Virus record (IMG/VR): IMGVR_UViG_3300010163_000019
Location: 1-64,000 of that record
Direction: 5' to 3' (one strand)
Origin: a virus
Lineage: Duplodnaviria > Caudoviricetes
Length of the DNA: 64,000 nucleotides
A program made the position numbers and the translations under genes. The notes under the pieces were generated by a model. It had not been told where the DNA came from. It made no database searches and worked only from the letters and a program-made list of their open reading frames with translations. Shown one piece after another: positions 1 to 9,198 of the stretch. Every line of letters begins with the position of its first letter. Positions within the stretch are counted from its first letter, which is position 1.

Positions 1-2
1 CC

Positions 3-104
3 ATTATTTATACAGCATATACAGATGACGAAGATAATGCTTTGTTTGATGCAGCAACAACATTATCAGAGCTGAAAAAGAAAATAGATATTTATTTAAA
101 ATAG
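3..104 (+). CDS. partial hypothetical protein (3' end)
   Basis: Open frame IIYTAYTDDEDNALFDAATTLSELKKKIDIYLK ending in TAG 102-104. Confidence 0.55.
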   Translation: MIYTAYTDDEDNALFDAATTLSELKKKIDIYLK

Positions 105-331
105 ATTTTAAAAATGTTTAATGAGTCTTTGAGAACTAAAACAGGCTAACCACTTGAAACAAGAGTGTAGCATCAAAGCAAGTTAGCCTTTTGGGATATA
201 GTCCCATAAATGAACATTGACAACTGAAGAAATGGGTGTAATAGAATGTACCAATGTAGAATATATGTAGTAGCGGCATAACTGAAAATCTGCTATAATA
301 AAACTACTATATATAAGGAAGGTGAACACAT

Positions 332-556
332 ATGGCTATTAAAACAAATCAAGAACTTGCACAGGCTGTAAATGATGCTATAAAAGAGTCTGGTATTAAA
401 AAAGTATTTATTGCTGAAAAGTTGGGTATAAAACGGGAAGTATTTGCAAGGATGCTAAATAAAAAACAGTTTTCACTTGACGATGCAAATAAAATACTTG
501 AAATCTTAGGATTACAGACAGAAACAAATGTGATTAAAAAAGATACAAAAACGTGA
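332..556 (+). CDS. XRE-family helix-turn-helix regulator
   Basis: 74 aa, GIKKVFIAEKLGIKREVFARMLN HTH pattern; RBS GGAAGGTG; extended -10 TGCTATAAT at 291-299. Confidence 0.8.
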   Translation: MAIKTNQELAQAVNDAIKESGIKKVFIAEKLGIKREVFARMLNKKQFSLDDANKILEILGLQTETNVIKKDTKT

Positions 557-565
557 TAAAAAGTG

Positions 566-594
566 TTGACAATCATTTCAAAACATGATAAGAT
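566..594 (+). promoter_or_regulatory. sigma70/SigA promoter
   Basis: TTGACA(566-571)-17 bp-TAAGAT(589-594); ATCAT/ATGAT inverted repeat between the boxes. Confidence 0.8.
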
Positions 595-690
595 AGTATC
601 AAGTTAAGGGACAACAAAGAAAGCGGTTTACCCTACCAAAGTAATCACCGCTTTCCACCTTCACAACGACATAAGCCATTGCTATATTCT

Positions 691-719
691 ATTATACTTA
701 TCTATTCAGGCTATGTCAA
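691..719 (-). promoter_or_regulatory. consensus sigma70 promoter, antisense
   Basis: Minus strand TTGACA(719-714)-17 bp-TATAAT(696-691). Confidence 0.8.
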
Positions 720-1270
720 GTCGTGAAAATCCTAAAACGAAAAATGATAAAATCCTCATAACCTTAATTGGTTGATTTAAAAGCTCTTAAATGTAGCTTA
801 CAAGGGTTTTGTCAGATACAGAACATTAACAAATAAACAGTTTATCTTTACGATATGTAGACAAGTAGATAGGGGAAGTCGTGAACGGGTATCAATATCG
901 TTAAAGGCCAGGTGATTCTACTCATCATATCGAAAGATAGATTGCACAATAGTTACAGTTTAACTAGTAAAAAGCTGGAATCCTATCAATAATTGAGATA
1001 GTACGGCGGAGACGTCGGATATTTTAGAGCAAATAGCTTTAAGATAGGTGTTCCCCAAAGGGGCAATCATGCACACTATAGTGTGCGGCTTGTGAATAAA
1101 GAATAGCAGGCTTGAAAAATGGTACGGTGAAGGGTATACCCACACACTTAAAAAACGAAACTACAGAACCACTAATTATAGTGGGAGGGCTGGACGGAGG
1201 GTAGTTAGTTTCAATCTATTTTACATATATAAAGGGTACTGTATCAATACCTATTTAAAGATACAGGGAA
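720..1270 (+). ncRNA. candidate long structured leader or ncRNA
   Basis: No credible ORF; stem 846-856/895-906; GNRA hairpins 928-939 and 1004-1017; palindrome 1071-1086; hairpin 1169-1184. Confidence 0.4.
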
Positions 1271-1279
1271 AGAGGGCAT

Positions 1280-2119
1280 ATGTTAAAAATTAATTATGCT
1301 ACCGATATAAGCAACAAAGAAAGAATGAACGCGCTTTTCAATGCTGTTTGTTACGAAGCAAATGAAATGATGATGGCAGTCAATAATGATGCAATTGTAA
1401 TTTGTGACAGGAAGATTGCAAACAAGCTTGGTAAGCTTACAGAAATACAGATCGAAGCTGAAAAAGCAAAGAAATCAGATCTTCAAAAGAGCAACAAAAA
1501 GCTCAAAGAGGAAAACAACACACTTCATGAAAACTGGGAATCTGTTGTTGCCACTATTGCAGGGACAAGTAGAGAATTTGAAAAAGACGGCGAAAAAGTG
1601 GTTGTAACAAATGATGAAATTGCTGTACGTAATGTGTTACGTTTAACGGCGTGTGCAGATAACCGTAAGTTTTTCAATTATGCCATTTTAACAGCATGTG
1701 ATAATTTTGCACAGCTTTATGATAACTTTTATGCACTGCATAAGATTGATGAAGACGTATTTGAGAGCTGCGGAAAACGCAAATATAATGATAACAACGT
1801 TCAGGCATTCAAGACTATTGAAAGAGAAATTCAGATGCTTATCAAAAAGATGTTTTCAATTTCAATTGAGAATGAGTATACAAAGAAAGTAAATGTCAAG
1901 TTCAATGCTGCTGATATGGGTGCACTTCATGAATGCTATACAAGTGAAATCAGTGCATTGGTAAGCTTTAGTAAAAAGGCAGGCACTACAGAATTTAACG
2001 GATACAACTGCAAATTTGCGATTACACGCAAAGAAAGTAAAGATGGCACTGTATCATATGATGGCAGAAAATTCATGAATTTGTTAGCAACTATAGCCTT
2101 TCAGTATATTTGTGGATAA
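1280..2119 (+). CDS. hypothetical protein, 279 aa, first gene after the early promoter
   Basis: Long ORF with RBS; no family recognised. Confidence 0.85.
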   Translation: MLKINYATDISNKERMNALFNAVCYEANEMMMAVNNDAIVICDRKIANKLGKLTEIQIEAEKAKKSDLQKSNKKLKEENNTLHENWESVVATIAGTSREFEKDGEKVVVTNDEIAVRNVLRLTACADNRKFFNYAILTACDNFAQLYDNFYALHKIDEDVFESCGKRKYNDNNVQAFKTIEREIQMLIKKMFSISIENEYTKKVNVKFNAADMGALHECYTSEISALVSFSKKAGTTEFNGYNCKFAITRKESKDGTVSYDGRKFMNLLATIAFQYICG

Positions 2120-2644
2120 AAAAGCGGTCAATTGCTTTTCAAAAGGAATGTGATGATCAAGCAGAGAAATTAATTTTACAATCCTGTGAGGGCTGCCAAT
2201 AAGATCATGAGGGCTACGCAAGTCGTAATAAGTGCATATATTGGTTTTAATGGTAATAAGTGCATATATCAGGCGCAAGGAAAAACGAAACCCGTGACAC
2301 AAGTTTTTTCATGTTTGAAAGATTGCACGTATAAAGAAGGAAGTAAAAACATGATGCAAGATAAGGGCATTAAACTTTCAATCGCTCAAGATCGGCAACG
2401 CGATTAAAAAATTGTGTCGGCATTGTGTAAAAGCAGGTATCACACTTTACAATGATTACCGCCGTTGGGCATTGACGATAATAGAGATGTCTGAAAAATG
2501 GAAGGTTAAAAGGTCAAGGAATACTTCAGAATAACGATAACTTGGACGGGCGCACCCCTGATAAGGAAGAAGGCTATATATTATAGTTGTAAACTTAAAA
2601 AGCTGCTGTCTGGATGTCTGACATATACGACATGATTTTATTAA

Positions 2645-2786
2645 TTATCCTGTCCCACAAAAACAGAATCAAACATAGAGACGGCAAGGAAAGTCGGTAA
2701 ACCACCGTCACCAACGGGACATAGCCATATAGACTGGAAATGCTTAGTCTACATCATTGAAAAGTCTCTTTTGTGGGTATGGATAA
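2645..2786 (+). ncRNA. candidate multibranch RNA structure
   Basis: Closing stem 2645-2662/2769-2786; inner stems gacgg/ccgtc (2680-2709) and tagact/agtcta (2730-2751). Confidence 0.4.
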
Positions 2787-2815
2787 GTAATAAAATGAAG
2801 AAAGGATAAACCACA

Positions 2816-3133
2816 ATGAAATTTATAGAACAAGTTGGAGATATCAAGATTTATGCAGAAAGAATAAAAGAAAATGACGATGTTTTTATTGATATGATGT
2901 GTTGTAATGGCTCAGATATTATGATAAAAGAAGGGCGTTGCATTACAAATACTAAAATGACAGAATTAGAAGTTATAGAAAAAGTATTAAGAAATAGGTT
3001 AAATCTTTATACAGAATGGGCATTGCATTTTCTTTATGCAAATGTGATAAAAGTTAATGAAAACACCTATAAAGTGAAAAGGGGCAATATTTTCAGAAGA
3101 ATAGATAATACAAGATACTTCAAGCAGTCATAA
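2816..3133 (+). CDS. hypothetical protein
   Basis: RBS AAGGA plus ATG, 105 aa. Confidence 0.75.
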   Translation: MKFIEQVGDIKIYAERIKENDDVFIDMMCCNGSDIMIKEGRCITNTKMTELEVIEKVLRNRLNLYTEWALHFLYANVIKVNENTYKVKRGNIFRRIDNTRYFKQS

Positions 3134-3271
3134 AATGCCAATAAAATAACGATTTTATCTATAGTAAAAGGGTATCATTATGTATGGTATCCTTCATAGT
3201 GTAGATAAATGGCTTGAAAAAGTTGTGGAATCTGATATAATATTGATAACAAGCAAAAAGGAGTATACAAA

Positions 3272-3532
3272 ATGCCGGAAATATCATTGTTTTATGGAAT
3301 AAAAGTCACAATGTATTATGACGATCATAATCCACCGCACTTTCATGCAGAATATAATGGAAATAAAATTATTGTAGATATCATAAAGGGAAAAGTTATT
3401 AAGGGTGGATTTCCTAGCAAGCAATTAAAATTAATTCTTGCATGGACAATAATACATCAAGATGAGCTAATGCAAAATTGGGAATTATCAAAGGATGGAA
3501 AGCCTTTAAATAGAATCAATCCGTTAATTTAG
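3272..3532 (+). CDS. DUF4160-family protein (putative toxin)
   Basis: MPEISLFYGIKVTMYYDDHNPPHFHAEY signature; promoter TTGAAA(3214)/TGATATAAT(3233-3241). Confidence 0.85.
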   Translation: MPEISLFYGIKVTMYYDDHNPPHFHAEYNGNKIIVDIIKGKVIKGGFPSKQLKLILAWTIIHQDELMQNWELSKDGKPLNRINPLI

Positions 3533-3543
3533 GGGGTGTATTT

Positions 3544-3825
3544 ATGGATTATTTTCCAGAAATAGTGCAAGTAATACCACATGAAGATTTTACAGTATCT
3601 GTTTATTTTTCTGATGGAAAAATTGTCTTGTACGACATAAAGCCATTTTTGCACATGGAAGTATTTTCTAAAATAAGTGATATTAATATTTTTATGGAAT
3701 CATGTACTATATTAAATGATACACTTGCATGGGATATTACAGGAGATAGAAACGAAAGCAAATGTATAGATATTGATCCAGATACTTTATATAATTTGCC
3801 TGAATCAGTGGAAAGAATAGCATAA
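3544..3825 (+). CDS. DUF2442-family protein (putative antitoxin)
   Basis: VYFSDG..YD..P and TLAW..IDIDPDTLY motifs; follows DUF4160. Confidence 0.8.
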   Translation: MDYFPEIVQVIPHEDFTVSVYFSDGKIVLYDIKPFLHMEVFSKISDINIFMESCTILNDTLAWDITGDRNESKCIDIDPDTLYNLPESVERIA

Positions 3826-3837
3826 GGAGGCGATACT

Positions 3838-4047
3838 ATTACTATACAGCAAAGAGTAAAGGCTGCTTGTGACATTGCTGGAATGAGTTTAACAGAGTTA
3901 GGCGCAAAGATGGGAATGTCACAACAAAATTTTTCAAAACGTTTAAAAGTTGGAAAATTTACACAAGAAGAACTGGAAGAAATGGGAAAATACTTAGGAT
4001 GCGAATATATTTCAATATTTCAATTTCCAGATGGAAAAAGAGTTTAA
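3838..4047 (+). CDS. XRE-family HTH regulator with ATT start (not in ORF track)
   Basis: AGGAGG-7 nt-ATT; (M)TIQQRVKAACDIAGMSLTELGAKMGMSQQNFSKRLKVGKFTQEELEEMGKYLGC. Confidence 0.8.
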   Translation: MTIQQRVKAACDIAGMSLTELGAKMGMSQQNFSKRLKVGKFTQEELEEMGKYLGCEYISIFQFPDGKRV

Positions 4048-4080
4048 AGCATTATTCATCAATTTGAATAGTGCTTTTTT
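4046..4080 (+). terminator. intrinsic terminator
   Basis: aaagcattattca/tgaatagtgcttt stem followed by T tract. Confidence 0.75.
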
Positions 4081-4093
4081 ATTACATACAATA

Positions 4094-4157
4094 ACAACTA
4101 AAAAGTTATAAAAAACAATTAAAAAGTATTGACACAACTAAAAAGTTGTGATAGTAT
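4094..4157 (+). promoter_or_regulatory. promoter overlapped by three palindromic operators
   Basis: TTGACA(4129)-17-TAGTAT(4152); ACAACT-AAAA-AGTTRT at 4094 and 4134, degenerate copy at 4115. Confidence 0.75.
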
Positions 4158-4199
4158 AGTATCAACAAAGAAAACAACACAAACAAACGGAGGTAAGAA

Positions 4200-4469
4200 A
4201 TGAGTAGAAAAGAATTAGGAAATGCGGTAAAAGCAATTCTTGCAACTGTATTAGAAAAATATTGTAGTGGATGCGACACAGAAACGGAAGTGAGAGACCT
4301 TGTAAAATTATTGAATGCCGCAGAAGACATGGCGACGTTTTACGGGTTAAAAGAAATTAATTTTGTAGAATATCAAGCAGTATTAATAAATTCGATGCTT
4401 GTTGATGATAACAAGGCATATCAAATTTTAAAGGAAGGTGGTGAATATAAACTTGTAATAATTTGTTAA
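4200..4469 (+). CDS. hypothetical protein
   Basis: RBS GGAGGT, 89 aa. Confidence 0.8.
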   Translation: MSRKELGNAVKAILATVLEKYCSGCDTETEVRDLVKLLNAAEDMATFYGLKEINFVEYQAVLINSMLVDDNKAYQILKEGGEYKLVIIC

Positions 4470-4478
4470 TCAACAACC

Positions 4479-4530
4479 GCCCAGCGTGGACGCAGGCAAC
4501 ATACACAAGGTTCAATTCCTTGTTTGGGCA
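4479..4530 (+). ncRNA. tRNA-like minihelix (acceptor stem plus T-arm)
   Basis: gcccag/tttgggc stem abutting CAAGG-TTCAATT-CCTTG; no D or anticodon arm. Confidence 0.5.
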
Positions 4531-4911
4531 TTATCCGACTTAAAAATAGAGCAAGTCGCTAACATAGAAAAAGTTATATGTAGAAATCCGCAAAGCGTAA
4601 AACTAGAAAAGGTTTAGATAACCAGAGAGTAAATCACTTTTCTATAATGAAGGGTTGCGTAAGTTCCCGCCGCTTCCGGCATCGTGTAGAAATATAAGAT
4701 GGTGTATGGTGTGTGTAGTCACTCATTAGAGGATGGCAGTATTGCCGATAGTAGCACGGTGCACAAAAACGGTTTTGTTATAACGTGCCTATGATGCGTT
4801 GCAAGTCGCATAGGAAGAAAACGGAGCATAACAGATATCAATAAAAAAGAATATTTATTGTACAGGTAAATTCATTCAATAAATATTATGTAGTTTAAGG
4901 AGGAGACTTGA

Positions 4912-5073
4912 ATGTACGAATTAGGATATTACACAGAAGATGCAGAGATGGTGAAGCTTGGAACAGCTAAAACAAGAGAGGAGGCAAAACAAGTATATAA
5001 TACTTTGCATGAGCGTTACAAGTGTACGATATGGATTTTTAAGATAGAACACATTAATCCTAAAGATTTATAA
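4912..5073 (+). CDS. small hypothetical protein, 53 aa
   Basis: RBS AGGAGGAG; MYELGYYTEDAEMVKLG. Confidence 0.7.
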   Translation: MYELGYYTEDAEMVKLGTAKTREEAKQVYNTLHERYKCTIWIFKIEHINPKDL

Positions 5074-5123
5074 ATCAAAAATAACAACTGAATAGAGCAT
5101 ATGAATGAAAGGGGATTTAAAAC

Positions 5124-5234
5124 ATGTTTTGGATAACCTCGGAAAAGCAGCTAAAAGAGTTAAGATTGTGTTACGACGTAGAGATCACAAAGGTATTTGA
5201 AGATCGCGCTCTTGTAAAAATTGTTGTAGCGTAA
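5124..5234 (+). CDS. small hypothetical protein, 36 aa
   Basis: RBS AAGGGG; MFWITSEKQLKEL. Confidence 0.5.
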   Translation: MFWITSEKQLKELRLCYDVEITKVFEDRALVKIVVA

Positions 5235-5339
5235 AAAATTGGATACAAATTTAAAGTTAGTACATAGGGGATTATGAACGCTGCATAGTCCCTTTTATAG
5301 TAGCTTTAAATTGGATTAAAGAAAGGAAAGGTAAAATTT

Positions 5340-5831
5340 ATGAACATGAATATTTTAGCAGTAGATGTAAAAAGTTGTTTGACTTACGATTTTTTACGAG
5401 ATGGAGAGACAAAGGAACAGCTCTTACAACGTGCTAACGACTCAAAAACAAGAGATATTGCAAGCTGGACAAGAAATGTTGAAGAGTATCCAGATGTGGA
5501 AGATTTTAGAAATTATCTAAAATCAGCACAGGAAAAAGAGTATAAAGTCATGACATGGGAGGAATTTAAACAATTCCAGAAAAGTTTTTTGCTTGATGAC
5601 GAGTTGACAGAAATAACAGCAGAAGTTTTTGAAGATATGCTTGGAGTGTTACCACCTTTATACTGGACGGAATATAACGACATTGAGATGTTTTGTATAT
5701 CAGAAATGTACACAGGAACATATACAAATCAGTATGCACATGATAAACGTACAAATAAGTATTATACAAAGATGGTTGACAGTGCAGACAAAAGCACATG
5801 GATCTGTGAATTGTTGAAAGAGACAGCATAA
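5340..5831 (+). CDS. hypothetical protein, possibly DUF1419-like C-terminus
   Basis: MLGVLPPLYW..F..SEMYTG pattern. Confidence 0.6.
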   Translation: MNMNILAVDVKSCLTYDFLRDGETKEQLLQRANDSKTRDIASWTRNVEEYPDVEDFRNYLKSAQEKEYKVMTWEEFKQFQKSFLLDDELTEITAEVFEDMLGVLPPLYWTEYNDIEMFCISEMYTGTYTNQYAHDKRTNKYYTKMVDSADKSTWICELLKETA

Positions 5832-5843
5832 GAAAGTGAGGTA

Positions 5844-6410
5844 ATGAGCATGATGAATTATACGATAGAAAAAGGAAATGGCCGTATAACATGGATTTAC
5901 GTGACAGAATCCAATCAAAAAGAAGAAACATTGATTATTGAACTTGTAGAATGTACTAACCCAGGCGGGAAAGATACCCTTCCATATTTATGGCACAAGG
6001 CAGGTTATACGGATAAAATATTGAATACTTATTTATCCATTCATACTCATTGTACGGATTCGGAAGGAAATTGCTATAGGAGATATAACCCACAAATAAA
6101 AAGAAGCGACGACGGAAAAAGAAATGAAATCAATTTTGATTGGATATTTGAGAACACAGAGGAAAACAAACAGAAGTTAATCAATGAAGTAATTCGTCTT
6201 TTTGAGTCTGCAACGGGGAAGAGTGCAACACAAGAAAAAATGGAAAGATGTACTAAATATGCAGATGAAAATAAACTTGATATTGTAACAGAAAAACCAG
6301 AAGGATGGCGAGAACTTTTAGGAATTTCTGCACCTGTTGGAAGTGTTGTTATTACAAATAGAAAGTCATTTAAACAGAAAGATTATAAGAAAGTATTATT
6401 AGTATATTAG
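5844..6410 (+). CDS. hypothetical protein
   Basis: RBS GAGGT, 188 aa. Confidence 0.8.
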   Translation: MSMMNYTIEKGNGRITWIYVTESNQKEETLIIELVECTNPGGKDTLPYLWHKAGYTDKILNTYLSIHTHCTDSEGNCYRRYNPQIKRSDDGKRNEINFDWIFENTEENKQKLINEVIRLFESATGKSATQEKMERCTKYADENKLDIVTEKPEGWRELLGISAPVGSVVITNRKSFKQKDYKKVLLVY

Positions 6411-6424
6411 ATGGAAGGAAATTT

Positions 6425-6661
6425 ATGAACACTTTAAAATTTTTAGTAAATAACAATGGTACAATGTGTGTTTCGCAAAGTGAAACTGATGGAGATGTAA
6501 CAGTGCATACTTTTCATAATTTCAACGATTTTGCGGATACAAGAGATGATATACATATTTCTAATGGTGATATGGTAATGCTGATTAATTTGTATCAGTA
6601 CATCAAAAGAAACGATATTCAGAACGATTTTATTAATCCGTATGGAAAAAATAAAGAATAA
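6425..6661 (+). CDS. hypothetical protein
   Basis: RBS GGAAGG, 78 aa. Confidence 0.75.
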   Translation: MNTLKFLVNNNGTMCVSQSETDGDVTVHTFHNFNDFADTRDDIHISNGDMVMLINLYQYIKRNDIQNDFINPYGKNKE

Positions 6662-6771
6662 ATTTGTAAGTTTGTAGGCAGTTAGAACGGCTATGGAGAA
6701 TATAAGACTATAGCCGTTTTATAGTGCTTATAAAAGCGCAAATAAATCATTTGAAAGGTGGAATATAAGCT

Positions 6772-7212
6772 ATGTATGATAGAGGTTTTTACAGCTACAA
6801 AGATGCAAACAAAGATATCAAAACGCATTATTACATTGAATACACTAGAGATCATAAAGTATTTGATATCATGGATACTGTTGAATTTGATTTTAATATG
6901 TTGGATAGACAGGATTTTGACTATTTAGAAGATGCTGTATCATTTTGGAATCATCTTTATTATGATGAATCTATTTTACATGTAATGTTATTTGAGGAAA
7001 TTATTCTTGATGGTGAAACGATTCTTGAACAGTGTAAAGATATGGTTGTACCATCTGTGTTGGATAAAATTTCAGAGCAGGAAGTAAGACGGGCAGAAAT
7101 GGCAATGAAAGAGTATAAAAAGGAAAATGATTTATTTAGAAAATTTCTTGAAAAGTATCATATTGATATGGAAAGGGTTATAAGAGAAATGGAGGAAGAG
7201 AATAATGTTTGA
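6772..7212 (+). CDS. hypothetical protein
   Basis: RBS AAGGTGG, 146 aa. Confidence 0.8.
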   Translation: MYDRGFYSYKDANKDIKTHYYIEYTRDHKVFDIMDTVEFDFNMLDRQDFDYLEDAVSFWNHLYYDESILHVMLFEEIILDGETILEQCKDMVVPSVLDKISEQEVRRAEMAMKEYKKENDLFRKFLEKYHIDMERVIREMEEENNV

Positions 7213-7438
7213 TTTCAGAATTATTAATACACCAGATGGAAATCAAGTTATACGAAGGGATTTAAAGACACCATATAATGCATTGACACCGTTACAGTAT
7301 ATAGAGTATACAAATATGGAAGTACAGTTATATATTGCTGACAGGCAGAAAAAGAAGTTTCTGAAAGAAACAGATCGCCGCCGGAAATTTGCAAGAAATC
7401 CTTTTGTTAGATTTGCTTGCTTTTGTGGGCTGGTGTAA
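7205..7438 (+). CDS. hypothetical protein
   Basis: Overlaps previous stop; RBS GGAGG. Confidence 0.75.
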   Translation: MFDFRIINTPDGNQVIRRDLKTPYNALTPLQYIEYTNMEVQLYIADRQKKKFLKETDRRRKFARNPFVRFACFCGLV

Positions 7439-7475
7439 ATAAATTGTGTTTTATTGAAAGAAGGGAGAACGACAT

Positions 7476-7847
7476 ATGAGTACATATATGCTTTATGGAA
7501 CAAAAATGATTGAAAATGATACTACATTAAAAGATTTTGCATCTTGCATCTATAATAATATTCCAATGGAAATAGAGACAGATGATCCAGAAGAAAGAAA
7601 AGATTATATTTTGGAAATGGCAGAAGAAATTTTAAAGGACGATATCAGTCGTACAGATATTGATTATGAAGAACTTTTATATAAATATAGAGAGGAATTA
7701 GGGGATCTGTTTTATAAAATGTGGAATAGAGATTGTGCAATTCCTACTATAGAATTCTTTGGAGAGGGTGCAAAACAGTTTTTTAATGATATTGTTTATT
7801 ATTTTATTGCTGTACATTATGAAGAGTTTGCAGAAGGAAAAATATAA
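7476..7847 (+). CDS. hypothetical protein
   Basis: RBS GGGAG; stop lies inside junction site 7844. Confidence 0.8.
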   Translation: MSTYMLYGTKMIENDTTLKDFASCIYNNIPMEIETDDPEERKDYILEMAEEILKDDISRTDIDYEELLYKYREELGDLFYKMWNRDCAIPTIEFFGEGAKQFFNDIVYYFIAVHYEEFAEGKI

Positions 7848-7967
7848 ATCGTGTAATTTAAGTCTCATACAAGCCTATATAAAGTCTGAAATTAACGTAT
7901 ATGTAAATATTGTATGTGTGCTGTATTAAGGCTTTATATAGGCAAATATATCTAGGAGGGGTTACAA

Positions 7968-8174
7968 ATGGAGTTTAATAAAATAAATTGGCATGAGTGT
8001 TTACAAGCATTAAATTTTACGGAAAATAGAAATCATTCTTTGGGTGGAATGCAGGTTTATGATGATAAAGGCATACCAAAATTTCAGTATGAAACAGAAA
8101 AAGAGCAACGGCACTTATTTATGTTTCTGTCAGGTGCTTTGTACATGAAAAATCATCTGATGGTTAACAAATAA
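7968..8174 (+). CDS. hypothetical protein
   Basis: RBS AGGAGG, 68 aa. Confidence 0.75.
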   Translation: MEFNKINWHECLQALNFTENRNHSLGGMQVYDDKGIPKFQYETEKEQRHLFMFLSGALYMKNHLMVNK

Positions 8175-8244
8175 AAGAAAAATCTTAAGTAAGTGACAAG
8201 CGGAAAATGTTACTTGCTTTTATGATAGAAATGGAGGTTGTCAC

Positions 8245-8721
8245 ATGAGAATTACAACATATAGAACGGAACTTAATAAAGATAATTTAAATGTTTTAGT
8301 AAAGGAAAAGTCTTGCAATTGTACAGGAGTTGAAACATTGCATACACCATCGTTAATAGCAGAAATGTTTAATGTTGTTTTTCGACTGAGTAAACAAATA
8401 GAAGAATATTTATATATGATTGCATTAGATAATAAACAAAAGCCTTTAGGTATATTTGAAGTATCGCATGGAGCGGTAAACATGACGATATGTAATCCTA
8501 GGGAAATTTTTATAAAAGCATTATTGTGTGGAGCAAGCGGAATTGTTATCGCACATAATCATCCAAGCGGAGATGTAACGCCATCTAAAGAGGATATAGA
8601 ATCATATAACCGTTTGGAAGAAGCCGGAAAACTCATAGGAATAAATGTGTTAGATAGTATTATTGTTGGAGATAGTTATTATAGTTTTGTGGAAAATAGA
8701 ATGCAGGAGGTTAGATTATGA
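8245..8721 (+). CDS. radC: RadC-family JAB domain protein
   Basis: PREIF..AL..A.GIVIAHNHPSGDVTPS.ED..L.EAG.LIGI.VLD. Confidence 0.92.
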   Translation: MRITTYRTELNKDNLNVLVKEKSCNCTGVETLHTPSLIAEMFNVVFRLSKQIEEYLYMIALDNKQKPLGIFEVSHGAVNMTICNPREIFIKALLCGASGIVIAHNHPSGDVTPSKEDIESYNRLEEAGKLIGINVLDSIIVGDSYYSFVENRMQEVRL

Positions 8722-8945
8722 GTACAAACAAATATATTAGAGAGGCAGCAAAACGAAATCATTGGATTAAATATTATTCTATTATGCGTCCTGTGTCTAT
8801 TGGAACACACCCTAAAGGGATAGAAGATTTTATAAATTATGACATTAGAATAGAAATAAATGGGCGTATGGTGTGGGCTGAGTTGTATTACAGTAGAGAA
8901 TTAACACAAAAAGAACTGGAAGATTTTGAAATGATTAGAGGGTGA
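8718..8945 (+). CDS. small protein resembling DarA C-terminal-like domain
   Basis: YYSIMRPVSIGTHPK..WAELYY..LT..EL..FE pattern. Confidence 0.5.
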   Translation: MSTNKYIREAAKRNHWIKYYSIMRPVSIGTHPKGIEDFINYDIRIEINGRMVWAELYYSRELTQKELEDFEMIRG

Positions 8946-8949
8946 GAAA

Positions 8950-9162
8950 ATGGAAAATATTACAGTAGAACAAAAAGAAAGAATCGAAAAGACTTTAGAT
9001 CGTGCGATTGAGCAGGGGAAAATCGAAAATAAATCGGATGCGATTATAAAGGTAAATAAACAGAAAAATGTATGGTTGTCATGGAGAAATAAATATAGAA
9101 GTTTTCGATTTACAATTTTTGAAGATGGTACAATACATAGTAGATTTTTGGGAACAGAATAA
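8950..9162 (+). CDS. hypothetical protein
   Basis: RBS, 70 aa. Confidence 0.7.
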   Translation: MENITVEQKERIEKTLDRAIEQGKIENKSDAIIKVNKQKNVWLSWRNKYRSFRFTIFEDGTIHSRFLGTE

Positions 9163-9198
9163 GACAATAAAAAAATCGTTTGATCGAGAGGGTATATC

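Noticed and set aside
2186-2407. 73-aa ORF in the non-coding block
   Set aside because: GTG start with no clear RBS; overlaps direct repeats; no recognisable protein features.
4786-4823. Group II intron domain V look-alike
   Set aside because: Only a GNRA hairpin; no AGC triad, AC bulge, domain VI or RT gene.
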